A stretch of 64,000 nucleotides of DNA. Source: Octopus bimaculoides (taxonomy: Eukaryota). The position numbers and the translations under genes were made by a program. Location: contig NC_069003.1 of NCBI RefSeq assembly GCF_001194135.2, forward strand, positions 19,524,404-19,588,403, in the 5' to 3' direction. Below the pieces are notes generated by a model. It was not told the DNA's origin, searched no databases, and saw only the letters and a list, made by a program, of their open reading frames with translations. Positions 1 to 11,800 of this stretch are shown in pieces. How positions within the stretch are numbered: the first letter of the stretch is position 1; each line of letters starts with the position of its first letter.

Positions 1-410
1 AATTTTCTCCACATTACTGGAGGTGACACTCATGGCAGATCTTCCAGGGACATTCTTCCTTTTTTTGAAGTGTCTGTGCCGCTCAGAACATTGCATATGG
101 CCCATTGCCTCATTGTTGTTAGCTTGCTGAAGTATGCTCAATGTTGCTGTCATAGACTTCCCAAGTTTAATGCAAAATTTCAGATTGTTTTTTTTTGTTC
201 TAACTTCCTGTCCATGACAAAATCACAGACTACATGCCTAAACATGATCACAAAAACACAAATTTCACCACTTGCAAAGTAAACACAGAAACGTCACTCA
301 GCACACTGCCTCATGAAGGTCACTGCTATCCCTCACTGTGCATGCAACTGTGCTGCCATCTGTTGGCACACTACAGAACCAGTCCAAGAATTTTTTGATA
401 CCACCTTGTG
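1..410 (-). mobile_element. Mariner-type DNA transposon, left end and frameshifted 5' transposase (continues off window start)
   Basis: The minus strand starts TA-cacaaggtggtatcaaaaaattc (mariner-like TIR). From the ATG at 215, with frameshifts in A-runs, it reads MDRKLEQ..NLKFCIKLGKSMTATLSILQQA..EAMGHMQCSERHRHFK..GRMSLED, matching the mariner N-terminal HTH (EQR..IKFC.KLGKS.TET...F..G..SLED). Confidence 0.85.
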
Positions 411-420
411 TATAGATATT

Positions 421-452
<32 letters not shown>

Positions 453-1048
453 AAGAGAGATGTGTATGTATGCAAGTATGTGTGTGTGTGTGTGTGTGTG
501 TGCATGTAACCAAACTAAAGAGTGGTTTTGTCACAATAGTGAATACTAAGTGAGGTGATGAGGCTGTTAACATAAAGGTCAACTCCCAGTTGACCTTTAT
601 ACCAACAGTCTTGATCTAATTTCTTTATTATATGAGATTGTCCACCTTTTTTTTTTCACAACCTCAAGCTATGTCATATTTTCTTTCAGAAAAAAATCTA
701 GTGCAGTGTTTCTTTTAAAATATATTAAAAGGAAAAGGGCAAGATGTGTAATGCTACCTGTGATTCACCCCAGAATGAGTCAATTGATTTCATGAATAGC
801 TTGCTAATTACTTTTATTTTATTTATTTATCTTTATTTATTCATTTTCTTCTTTTATCTAAGACAGTTTTTTTCCCTGAAGTTTTAATAAATTTATTTGG
901 CATTTTTCAGTCAAGAAAGAAAAAGAGAAATTCTTAAAATTCAAGCTAGTTCGAAAATCATTAACAAAACTTACATGTTTTGCTTCTAGTGAAGGTTATG
1001 CAGGTTACTATGGAAACTGATATCATACACTAAACCTCGATGGCACTC

Positions 1049-1090
<42 letters not shown>

Positions 1091-1416
1091 TACATGGTTC
1101 AAATGTACAGAAAACACTTTGGTAACTAATATCTTACACTAAACATAGATGGTATCATATACATATATATATATTTATATAAAAACAAAAATATTATTAT
1201 TTCTAAATCTCTCAAAGAGAGTAACAGTTCTTTAAAGTAATGGCTATTTGTGCAATGTGGGAGTGTTGAACTGTCTATTTGAAAATATAAGGACACAGAT
1301 ATTGTGTCATATAGTCAGCTAGAAATGACGTTTCTTGGGGCTAAAACAACAGTAACATCGTCCCTTTCAGGACAGCCACATTATGTTGGCAGATAGTTTC
1401 TACTATATACATAAAA

Positions 1417-1447
<31 letters not shown>

Positions 1448-1619
1448 TATACATATATTACCGGTGCCATGCACAGAAATAACAACACTGACAGCAGCCA
1501 CAACACCACTGGCATCAGGAGCAGCAACACTGGTATCACTGGATCCATGCCCTATAATAACAGCAGCAACATCAGGCCTGGGGCCAACAAAAGAAACATC
1601 GAAGGCGATAACACTACCA

Positions 1620-1945
1620 GCACTCAAGTTCAGAGATACATCAGTTCGGCCAGAACTGCCTTTAAATGATGCCTGTACAACCACAGGTCCTCTTTTAGGA
1701 TTCCAGAAAGACATTAGGTCACATCCCTGGCCAGCCATGTGTGGTGCCTAAAGGATGAAGGAATTCCATACGAGATTAAATGGAGGCTCATAGAGCAACT
1801 GAGATCCTATATAAACAGGAGAGGATGATACAAGCTTTGCGTACCAGATTAGGCAAGAGTCCTTAAAGACTCACTTGACTAGGAGACCCTTTTAAACTCC
1901 AGAAACGAGATTTATAGCCCTTGTCTGCATTTTAAATGCAACTTG
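1620..1945 (+). mobile_element. Penelope-like element remnant, GIY-YIG endonuclease C-terminus (pseudogenised)
   Basis: One frame reads RYISSARTAFK*CLYNHRSSFRIPERH*VTSLASHVWCLKDEGIPYEIKWRLIEQLRSY..YKLC..TLLNSRNEIYSPCLH. This aligns to the Penelope EN consensus YIG..FK.R..NH..SF..T.LS.H.W.LK..IKW.I..C.LC..LN.R.E..C.H. Five in-frame stops. Confidence 0.85.
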
Positions 1946-2284
1946 CTGCAGGTGTGGGATTCTCCATTCATTGATTTGGATTATATAAAAAATATTTGCA
2001 GACTGGAACCAACCTATGTGTGGAGATTCCCCATTTGATTAGGATCATAAAATTTGTTGACTGAACCATTCTAAGGGTGACAACCTATCTTGTTTAAGAC
2101 TTAGACAATATATATTATTCTTTTGTTTACAAATTAACTAACCATAATGTTTTTCTGTCTTCAGTTTGAGAAGAGGCTATATGTCCATGGCCATTGGAGT
2201 CTGACAAGTCATCTATAAGGCTAAGTTCTTTATGGATGTGAAACCACAGATCACTCAATGACCAGCCATATAATTAACTTCCTG

Positions 2285-2359
<75 letters not shown>

Positions 2360-2370
2360 GTACATACAGT

Positions 2371-2570
2371 CAGTGTATCCGTAAAGTTACTATGCAGTTA
2401 GGCTGAAAACAACTCTACGATACGGTTGCTGAGGCATATGCAAGAAGCCCAAAGACACCAATTTGCCGTGGTAGTTCAGAAATTGGTATCAAACAAACAT
2501 CACGACATAAAATACTTACAAAACCCAATATGAAACCTTACATTCCGTGCCTAATTCATGGACTTCTGGG
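2371..2570 (+). mobile_element. Tc1/mariner-superfamily transposon fragment
   Basis: TIR-like cagtgtatccgtaaagt at 2371. 2419-2568 reads DTVAEAYARSPKTPICRGSSEIGIKQTSRHKILTKPNMKPYIPCLIHGL, resembling the RSP.KS.RR.S.ELGI..V..IL..KPY HTH region. Confidence 0.65.
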
Positions 2571-2684
2571 TATGGGAGAAGAAGCATGTAGTACACAGAA
2601 CTAAGATTTGTCTAAGTGTGATTAATGTAGTCGTACTACAGCAGAATAATATTAGAGATAAATCTTTAATTTCAATAATTTTAA

Positions 2685-2904
2685 CCCTTTAACATTTAGA
2701 CCTGCAGCATCTGGTTAAAACATTCTACCTGCTTTATCTTCCAACTGGTCAAATCTGGCCTTTCACCTCTAGCCTACAGTATCATTTTTAAAATAAACAA
2801 TCACATTATTGAAATCTCAAAGATATGAAATAAAGCATGATTTATTTAAAATGATGTGAATACATAAGTATTTTATTTGACAGACTAATCTGAATGCTAA
2901 AGGG
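2685..2904. mobile_element. TTAA-flanked (piggyBac-type) MITE, family 1, full length
   Basis: TTAA|ccctttaacattt ... gaatgctaaaggg|TTAA, with 11/13 TIR match. Related copies at ~16999-17180 (partial) and ~57751-57969. Confidence 0.8.
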
Positions 2905-3194
2905 TTAATATGATAGTCATTATGGCAAAGTAAGGGGAAATGAATCAGTATTTCCTCATGGATAATTGTAGTTATTTCTGTAAAAAACAGTAGATAACTC
3001 ATACTAGGAGTGATAAGTGTATAACAATGACTATAATTTTCAACAATGTTCCCTTCTATGACAGCACATCTTTCATTTTCAAGGTAGCATAGAATCATTT
3101 GAGGAAAATATAGTTGTTATTTCTAGCAGGTCCTATGGCAAAGTACAAATTTCCTTGTTAGCTTATTTGTAACTGTTGCTGTTGTTGTCACTGT

Positions 3195-3590
3195 TTAACC
3201 CCAGGTCTGTTCTGATTGAGTAGGCCTACAATCAAGTATTCCAAACATGACAATCCTGTCTACCCTCCACCAGACATCAGACAGAATGCATCAAAGGTGA
3301 CGAGCTGGCAGAAACATTAGCACGCCGGACGAAATGCTTAGCGGTATTTTGTCTGCCGCTACGTTCTGAGTTCAAATTCCACCTTTCATCCTTTCGGGGT
3401 TGATAAATTAAGTACCAGTTACGCACTGGGGTCGATGTAATCGACTTAATCACTTTGTCTATCCTTGTTTGTCCCCTCTATGTTTAGCCCCTTGTGAGCA
3501 ATAAAGAAGTAAGAATGCATCTATGGCAAGAAGCAGATTTAGCTGCTATTTCTTGCTGATTGAGCAACCACATAGAAGGCTCCCCTTCTG
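3195..3590 (+). repeat. Unclassified ~200-bp interspersed repeat (aaccccaggtcagtcctgattgagcagacct...gctgctatttctagcaggtcgagcgaccacatagaggct), here split by a SINE insertion
   Basis: The same blocks recur at ~8290-8490, 36615-36690, 37240-37310, 40135-40400 and 50285-50500 (+), and at ~16380-16530, 35580-35690, 56990-57165 and 57660-57750 (-). Confidence 0.7.
3293..3511 (+). mobile_element. tRNA-derived SINE, family B, long-tail subfamily, with 10-bp TSD
   Basis: Head ggtgacgagctggcagaaac, B-box-like gagttcaaattcc, central gcctttcatcctttcggggtygataaattaagtaccag. TSD agaatgcatc at 3283-3292 and 3512-3521. Confidence 0.9.
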
Positions 3591-4119
3591 TGTCCTGTTG
3601 ATTCTCATCATTATCTCAGTGGTTCATCATCATTACTAGGTTGACTGACTGTGGCTTACCATAAAACTTAAGCAGGATCTAATTGTTTATTAATGAAATT
3701 GAATTTTCACTCTGAGATGCAAAAAGAAAAACAAAATAAAACAAAAAAAAGATAAAAAAATAAAAATTACAATTCAGTAATTAGTCCAATCAATCATTTC
3801 ACTCAAGACTTTCTCAATCAAATAGTCACACTACATCAAGAAACATACAGAAATCTTCAGTCGATAAATAATTAAAAATATAAATTTAAAAATTTAGGTC
3901 AATGATTTGAAAAAGGTATTTGGGAAACAAATCGAATTTATCTATTGAAAAAGTAAAATAAATAAATCTGTTGAAACTGGAATATTTTAAAAATTAGGTT
4001 TTCAAACATTATTGATGATTGATTATATAAAATATTGGATTTTCAGACAGTAGTTATGGCTCAGGATTTCAAACTATGGCTACTACCATTCATTATATAT
4101 ATATATATATATCTCTTAT

Positions 4120-4990
4120 AGGAGTAGGCATGGTTGTGTTGTTAAGATGCACACTTTGCAACCCTGAGGTTTGGGGATCAATCCCACTGTGCGGCATTTT
4201 GGACAAGTGTATTCTACTACCACATTGGACCAACCAATGTCTTGTGAGTCAATTTGGTAAATGGAAACTGTGCAGAAGCCCATTTGTACATAGATGCATA
4301 TATATCATCATCATCATTTAATGTCTGCTTTCCATGCCAGCATAAGGCTGGATGTTTCAACAGGAGGTGGAGAGTCGGAGAGCTACATCAGACCCAAATT
4401 GTCTGTTTTGGCATGGTTTCTACAGCTGGATACCCTTCTTAATGCCAACCACTTTACAGAGTTTTTTTATATAATGCGTGTGTGTCTTTGGGTGTGCCCT
4501 CACCATCATCACTTGACAACTGGTGTTGGTTTGTTTAAATCAGCAAAAAAGACCAACAGAATTAGTACCAAATTAAAAACAATAAATACTGGCGTTGATT
4601 TGTTTCACTAAACCCTTTCAATGACAGAAACAAGAAATAGATAAAAGATCTAAAAAAAAAAAAGAAAGAAAAATGTCAAATGAATTAACTAAGTCTCTTT
4701 AGCGCAGTTTCTTTTCCAATATATATATGTTGTGAGTGGATTTCGAAGACAGAAACTGAAAGAAGCCTGTCATATATATGTATATATTAATGTGTGTCTG
4801 TGTTTGACCCCCAACCATTGCTTGACAACCAATGTTGGTGTGTTTATATGCTCATAACGTTGGTGGTTCAGCAGAAGAAACTGATAGAATAAGTACCATG
4901 CTTACAAAGATTAAGTCCAGGGGTCGATTTCTTCGACTAAAAGGTGGTGCGCCAGCATGGCTCCAGTCAAATGACTGAAACAAGTAATAT
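4120..4990 (+). mobile_element. Fragments of tRNA-derived SINE family D (head 4120-4300; tail pieces 4490-4640 and 4730-4990), interleaved with an RTE-tail fragment (~4310-4460)
   Basis: Collinear similarity to the more complete family D copies at 18328-18656 (+) and 32531-32959 (-). Confidence 0.7.
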
Positions 4991-5046
4991 AATAAAAAAT
5001 AATAATAAAATAATATATATTCTACAGAAAATAAAGGAATTCCGAT

Positions 5047-5227
5047 ATGCAGAATGGCTGTGAAGATGGCTTAGAAAATCAGGCAAATACCCTTAGAAGG
5101 AAAAAGTGGTCAGCAAGCCCCTACAGAGAATCAAATCCTGTGCAGCTTAAATTCTGGCTAAATGAACAGGACCATTAAGCTAAGAGAACCCTCGATTTTC
5201 TTAGCTGTCTTCATAGCCATCCTGCAT
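5047..5227. mobile_element. Unclassified element with ~34-bp imperfect terminal inverted repeats
   Basis: atgcagaatggctgtgaagatggcttagaaaatc (5047-5080) vs the reverse complement of 5194-5227, atgcaggatggctatgaagacagctaagaaaatc. Confidence 0.6.
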
Positions 5228-5611
5228 TTGAGAATTTTTTAATTTTCTGCAAAATATCGACTCACTTCTTGCTTCTATGTTTGTTTACAATGTGTGTACG
5301 GGTATATATATATATATATAAATATACAGATGCACCTAACACTAGTGCTCCCTGGATCTGCACTAACCACCAGCCCCAGGCATTTCTTTCACTTAAGCTT
5401 CTCTCTTCCCATGTTTCTCCTGCAGGTATTGACCTACAGCAGTTTAAAAATATACACAAAATACATACAATGCACATGTGAAGATGAGAGCATTTATGTG
5501 GTAACTTAACTTTCAAGTAATACCAGCCTCAACACATAGACATGTACCATGCCATTACCATTTTTTTTCTAGGTACCTATATAGTTATGAGTAGTCAGAT
5601 TTCCCATTCTT

Positions 5612-5612
5612 T

Positions 5613-5644
<32 letters not shown>

Positions 5645-5701
5645 GTGAGATAGAGAGAGAGAGAGAGAGGGAGAGAGAGGGAGAGAGAGAGAGAGAGAGA
5701 G
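5612..5701. repeat. (GA)n microsatellite; representative of dozens of TA/CA/GA tracts across the window
   Basis: Directly visible. Confidence 0.95.
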
Positions 5702-6584
5702 TACTGCACTAGCATTTGGCTGGTTCTCATTTTCAGCTGAGTTCACAGGAGCAATAATGTGAAATGAAGCACCTTGTTCAAGGATACCATGCAATGCCAG
5801 GTCCAAGAATTGAACCTATGACATTATGGTTGTGAACCTCACACCTTAACCACCAGACCTGTTTACTGTTTCTTGATCTCTCACCAAATATTTGGTGGCC
5901 TTACCAGCTGATGTCAGAAGGACCAGCACAATAAAATACTTAGCTGTGTGTGGGACAGGAAGACATAGAGGCCTATACATTTAGGTATGGCACAAGAAGA
6001 GGAATAAGATCTCTCAACACAGAAACTTACAGTAGCAACAGATTGAAGACTCTTAATGGATATCTGATCTGTTAGAGCAGTGAAACTGGCATGTTTCTGT
6101 CTTAAGAACAACAAGTACACATAGGATAGTGTAATCTTAGATACCATCTGAAACGATACACATTTAAGTGCCGCTGATCATAAGCTATGTCAATCAGGGT
6201 AGACCAGGCGGTAAACAATCAATCAGCAATAACAAATACTTCTCTAAACCAAACTTATTCTCTTTACTGAACAAACCAAGAATCCTCTAACAAACAAACA
6301 TTCCAGCAATCGATTTGGCTCGGGAATTGAATATAAAGTTCTGCTGAATCAAGAAAAATTGACTATATATACACACACACTCATATACACCTAAGTATAT
6401 ATAGCTATATATATATATATCCATCCATCCATACATACATACATACATACATACATACATACAGACAGACAGAAACAACAAACTGCGAAAAGTGGGCCTT
6501 AAAACGATAACGAGGATATAATTTCAATAACTTTGGTTTTGGCCATTATTAGCCCAGACCATGCCTAACTTAATACATACAAAG

Positions 6585-6634
<50 letters not shown>

Positions 6635-6904
6635 TCTATATACAAAGACTAACTTCTATATTTATAACATACACATACAATCAATATACATATACACACA
6701 CATGTCTATATATTATATTACATACACACATCTATATAGATATATGTATGGAATTGAGTAATGTATGTAATTCGTTGTGTGTGTATGTATATAATTTCTG
6801 AAATATTCTTAGTCAAAATACATTTTGAGGATGGGTGAATGAGTGGATGAGTGTGTGGGCGAAGATCCTTCTCCCCACCTACTTCCTTACTTTTCCATTT
6901 TATT

Positions 6905-6946
<42 letters not shown>

Positions 6947-7671
6947 GTTTTTCTAAATCTTTCAAAAAATTTGCATTAAAAAATACAGAATAAGTTAAAA
7001 ATGAAAGACAAAAAGAAAATAAAAAAATTCATACATTTCTTAAAAATTTGCAAACATAAATCAATAAATTATTTGCTGGCTGGTGACTAGAAATGCTGTA
7101 GGCTGTGAGAAACAACTACATTATGACTATTGACTAAACAAGCAGAAGAGATCACACAGAATATTATAGATATTCCAAGAGGAAACTTTCCTCTGATGAG
7201 GCTCAGAGTAAATATGGCTTTTGTGGTATTTTTTGCTTTGTTTGTACAGTCTTTTGTTACACTATTTTTGCTTTGTTTTCTTGCTTTTTTTTTTTCTCAT
7301 TTCTTTCTCTCTTTTTTTAAAATTCTTTCTCCCTTTCTATCTCTCTGTCTCTCTTCTGAAATGGTTTTTACATGGATAAAAAAAAATGGGTGACTTGTAT
7401 CCTACTAGGCTCACTGAAAATAACCTAAGTAGATATCAGCCATCACAGTTAATCATTTCATAAGTACTACCTTCAACTATATTTGTAAGTACTATCCTCA
7501 TTTATGCATACACACACACACACACACACACACAAAAGAAAAAAAGACCCCTTCCTTTAACAACCCCCATAATACTTAAGCTTATGAAAGAAATAAAAAG
7601 AAAAAAGAGGAGAAAAAAGATTCTATTCGGAAGATCAATACATGCACAAGTTTTAGGAAATGCACACAAAG

Positions 7672-8230
7672 TCATCATCATCATCGTTTAACGTCCGCTT
7701 TCCATGCTAGCATGGGTTGGACGATTTGACTGGTGAACCAGATGGCTGCACCGGGCTCCAATCTGATCTGGCAGAGTTTCTACAGCTGGATGCCTTTCCT
7801 AACACCAACCACTCTGAGAGTGTAGTGGATGCTTTTACGTGCTACCGGCACGAGTGCTAGTCATGTGGTACTGATAATGGCCATGCTCAAAGTGGTGTTT
7901 TTTACGTGCCACCTGCACAGGAGCCAGCCCAGCAGCACTGGCAATGACCTCGTACGAATGATTTTCTAACGTGTCACCGGCACAAGTGCCAGTAAGGCGA
8001 CACTGGTAATGATCACACTCAAATGGTGCTATTTACGGGCTACTAGCACAGAAGCCAGACAGCTGCTCTGGCAATGATCATGGTCGGACAGTGCTGTTAG
8101 TGCTCCACAGAGTTTAGTGTCCAATGAAGTAAAGATACGAATAAGTGAGCTGGCTACACTTCTGGCAGAGGCCACAGATTATGCTCTCACTTGGCTTGCC
8201 GGGTCTTCTCATGTACTGCATATTTCCAAA
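7672..8230 (-). mobile_element. 5'-truncated RTE LINE 3' end (last codons, 3' UTR and GAT tail)
   Basis: Reverse complement of the 14737-15156 element: shares ctttggaaat..gagaagacccggcaagccaagtg and the ...gcatggaaagcggacgttaaac(gat)n terminus. Confidence 0.9.
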
Positions 8231-8957
8231 GTATTTTATTCAGGTGTTGTGTATATAGGATAGCCAAAAGAATAGAAAATTTAAAACGAGGGCATTGTTA
8301 TTGTTGCTTAGCTAAACCTGAGCCTGATTGAGTAAGCATATATTCAAAAGTGTTCCAGTCATGATCATCCTGTTTTTTCATATATCAGAAATTATGTTGT
8401 CTAATGTATACTTAAGTAGGGTGTAAATTGCGGGAGATTTAGCCACTATTTCTAACAACCAAAGTAACTACATAGAGGCTCTCCTCATTGGAACCATTTT
8501 GTATCATGGTCTTTGGTCTGCTAAGGATACTGCCCTCTTATCTCTTTTATATGTTTTAGCGCTTGAGTTATTGCAGTTATTAGGTATTCCACTTGAGTTG
8601 GGACAGGAGACAGCCATGCCTGCATATGTGAATGTTGTTGCTGTCATGGTATCAGATTCATCAGAAATTAAATGAACAGCAATATCCTAGAAAAGTAGCA
8701 ATTTAGAGCAAATTGGTGGGATTGCAATCCAACACCAGAAGAAGCAAGACCAATAAGGATCTCTTGTCACTGGATCTTTTTTTAGTGAAGCTGTAGCTTA
8801 GCTCTGGCATGGATCAAGGCCATTTGGTATCTGAAATGTTGCCAGGTACTCATGGAATTCTACCAGTTGGTTGGTAGAATATCCATCAAACCTTGCACTC
8901 TATAATGAGTTGAGGGTGTGAATGATGATTGCCTAGGAACTATTCATGACAACAGAA

Positions 8958-9015
8958 GACTTCAAGGTCAGCATTTTTGAGCTAATGACTTCACGGTCAG
9001 CATTTTTGAGCTAAA
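8958..9015. repeat. 29-bp tandem duplication
   Basis: gacttcaaggtcagcatttttgagctaat / gacttcacggtcagcatttttgagctaaa. Confidence 0.9.
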
Positions 9016-9024
9016 TTCTTCACC

Positions 9025-9083
9025 TGGTGGTAGTGGTGGTGGTACAAGTGGGGTGGTAGTGGTGGTGGTACAAGTGGGGTGGT
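9025..9083. repeat. 27-bp tandem duplication in a GGT-rich tract
   Basis: ggtggtagtggtggtggtacaagtggg x2. Confidence 0.85.
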
Positions 9084-9876
9084 GGCTTAGCTTGTTTTGG
9101 ATTAACTTTACAGGTAAAGCCATGTTGGAGATATCAGCAATATAACCTGTTCAAATGTGCCCAGGTTCACAAAATAATTTAGTTTCCACAAATTCAGTGT
9201 CTGTGCATTGCTGATTAGTGGGTTTAGGTTGAGTAGTTTTTTATCACATGAAAATAAATCCAACGATTAGCCAAGTCTATTGTGAAGATGAACCCAACAT
9301 TTTCTGTTGACAATGACAAAAAGGTAGTCTTTCTCTTTTTGATAGCTTAGCTAAGGAAGTTAGGTGGTGGATACAGTTGGAAGATTTGATGACAAAACTT
9401 TTATCTCTCAGGCCAATCCCTCATCAACTTCTTTAAGAACCACTCAGAGAGAGAGAGATAGAGGGAAGTGTTGCACAACAATGAGTTTTTTGAAAAGTAA
9501 GTTAGAGCAGTAAAACTGGCATGTCTAAATGCCCCTACTCTAACTATGTAGCCATAGGTGGGTAAGGACGAGAGGAAAGCATATGTTTTTGGTGTACCAG
9601 TGTAATCTAGGGTTGTATTTGAGGGGGATGCTATATGTTACCAATATGGTTGTCTCCACTCTCCACCATTATTTTGGAGAGCCTTTGTTGTTACTTTTCA
9701 TATTATTATTTCTATTTATTGTTATCCATTTATTTATGTAGCTCTACTGTTCTTGTTGGTTTCACCCTCTTTTGACTCAACTATAAATCCTTACCACCAA
9801 CATCAGTGTTTGTTATTTTATATACCTGTTTTCCCCCTTCCCTTTAAAGTTGTGGTCTTATGCCAAAATATGGAAC

Positions 9877-9915
<39 letters not shown>

Positions 9916-9994
9916 CATTACTGGCAGAATAGGTAGGTTGTTTAGTCACACACCCACACATATGTACATACATATGCACACACACACACACACA

Positions 9995-10360
9995 TGGTGG
10001 AACTTAGAAATTAAAACAACCACCAAGTTAAAACACAACTGGCCAGATATTGTGCGGGGCCACAAGGAAGATATATGTTCTATTGTGGAAATCAGCTGCC
10101 CCTTGGACACCAATGTGGTTAGAAAAATACAAGAGCAAGAAGACGTCTATGGACCATTGATAAGGAATTTGTAAATCTAGTACCCAAGATACATTTTCAG
10201 CTTCATACTTATTATTATTATTGGAGTAACAGGGTACACACCAACCCATCTAGAGCAAAGTATAACTGAACTTGGGTTCTTGTGGGGAAAACATAAAACC
10301 ACTACACATGATCACAATACTTGGGACAATAAAAACCAGCAAAACTTTAAGATTTAAAGG
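9995..10360 (+). mobile_element. RLE-type (R4/Dong/NeSL-like) non-LTR retrotransposon C-terminal fragment, degraded
   Basis: WWNLEIKTTTKLKHNWPDIV..CSIVEISCPLDTNVVRKIQEQEDVYGPLIRNL*..IIIGVTG matches the PD-(D/E)xK endonuclease pattern W...I.T...HNRPD...E.S.P.D.N...K..Y..L...IG..G. Confidence 0.75.
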
Positions 10361-10829
10361 ATGATGAACTAAACAAGTTGTTTTCCTTCACAATCTTCCT
10401 ACCAAATAGGTGGCCAGTCAAAATTTACTCAAAATTAAAAAGAGAAAAAGAAGAACATACATACATGTATGTATCTTTATGTTCCAAATAAAATTTTTGC
10501 TGAAGTCAACTTTACTTTCCATTGTTCCAAGGTTGATAAAATAAAGAACCAGATATATACTGAAATCTACTTCACAGTATCCTGTTCTAAAATCTTACAG
10601 CCTTGATCCTTGTTTATAATCATTGTAAGCAGCTTTGTCTTGCTGCCACATATTGAATTATTGGATTAGATTTTGTCATATTCCTGGCAATGTTTTAATC
10701 CCTTTCAACCTTACTTTGTCTCACATAATTGCGCATGTGTGCATGTGTATGTATGAACCCTTACCAAAATGTTTCATGCAACAATTTTCTTTTTATTCCT
10801 TTCAATAAACAGATGAGTACAGTCAAGAA

Positions 10830-11800
10830 GGTTAGCTACATAGATTCGCACTAGTTTCCTTAATGACTACCAGATAACTGTATGCAGTACCCTGTCAAAT
10901 GTCTTCTGTAGGTCAGTGAAGATTAGGAATAACGGTTTGCTCTTAGCTAAATATTTCTTCTATAGTCACAAGGAAGATTATATCCATGGTACCTCTTTCA
11001 GATACAAAACCAAACAGCATTTCATCTACATCTACCCTTTCATGGATCAATTGTGCTGTGGATCTCTCTCTCTGTAATCTTCATAACTTGATCCAGTAAT
11101 TTGATTTCTCTGTAACTACTTCTTTCTAATGGATCTCCTACGCTTTTTAGCATGATATTGCAAAGCCAGTCATTGGGTATGACTCTTTATATAACTTGAT
11201 TAACAATCCAGGTAGTAATCCTGTAACCTTCCACACCAAATATTTTGAGCATTGCAGCACCTATTCTTGACCGGCCTGCACTTTTCCTTTACTCACGACC
11301 TTGATCACCTTAGCTACTATGCTGCTGTCAAATTGAACTGCTAGTCCCTCTGTAGAGTCAGCAGAAAGTAGCCCTTCTTTATACCATGTATTCTCTACAC
11401 TCAGCAGCCACTCATAATAACACTTCCATGCCATTTTCTTGTCTTTCATATTGATGGTGAGTATGCCTTCATCATTCTGCATATACTTCTCACCAATGAC
11501 ATCGCAGTTCACCTATATTTTCCTAGATTCATGGTTATGAATTAAAATTCTGATTCCCCTGACTTTTGGCTTTGAATTTTTTTCTTTTTGTAAATGACCT
11601 GACAATGTTCTGTGGAATCTGTCACTATCATAAATACTGGTAGTTCCAGTTCTCTGGAGCTACAAGATCCTCGTGTTGCAAGACATGTGAAAAGTTTTCT
11701 CTGCCTCACCTCTGGTCAAACATACCTGTTGCCAAGCAGCTTTCCAAGCCTTCTGGTAACACTACCACACACACTAGATGTTTTATGGCATGTAATTTAA
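10830..11800 (-). mobile_element. RTE-clade LINE internal fragment (linker to RT domains 0-3), decayed and interrupted at 11514-11669
   Basis: Minus-strand pieces: YQKAWKAAWQQVCLTRGEAEK; NCDVIGEKYMQNDEG..KKMAWKCYYEWLLSVEN; GDPLERSSYREIKLLDQVMKITER; KYLAKSKPLFLIFTDLQKTFDRV (RT motif DL.KAFDRV). Confidence 0.85.
11514..11669. repeat. 156-bp segment, copy 1 of a local direct repeat
   Basis: About 6 differences by eye from 14346-14501. Confidence 0.9.

Noticed and set aside
1383-1751. 122-aa (+) and 111-aa (-) ORFs as host genes
   Set aside because: The informative frame is the third, stop-interrupted Penelope endonuclease frame; these ORFs are its shadows.
11514-11669. C/D snoRNA or duplicated exon interpretation of the 156-bp repeat
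   Set aside because: No canonical RUGAUGA C box with a terminal stem, and no consistent splice sites with an open frame.
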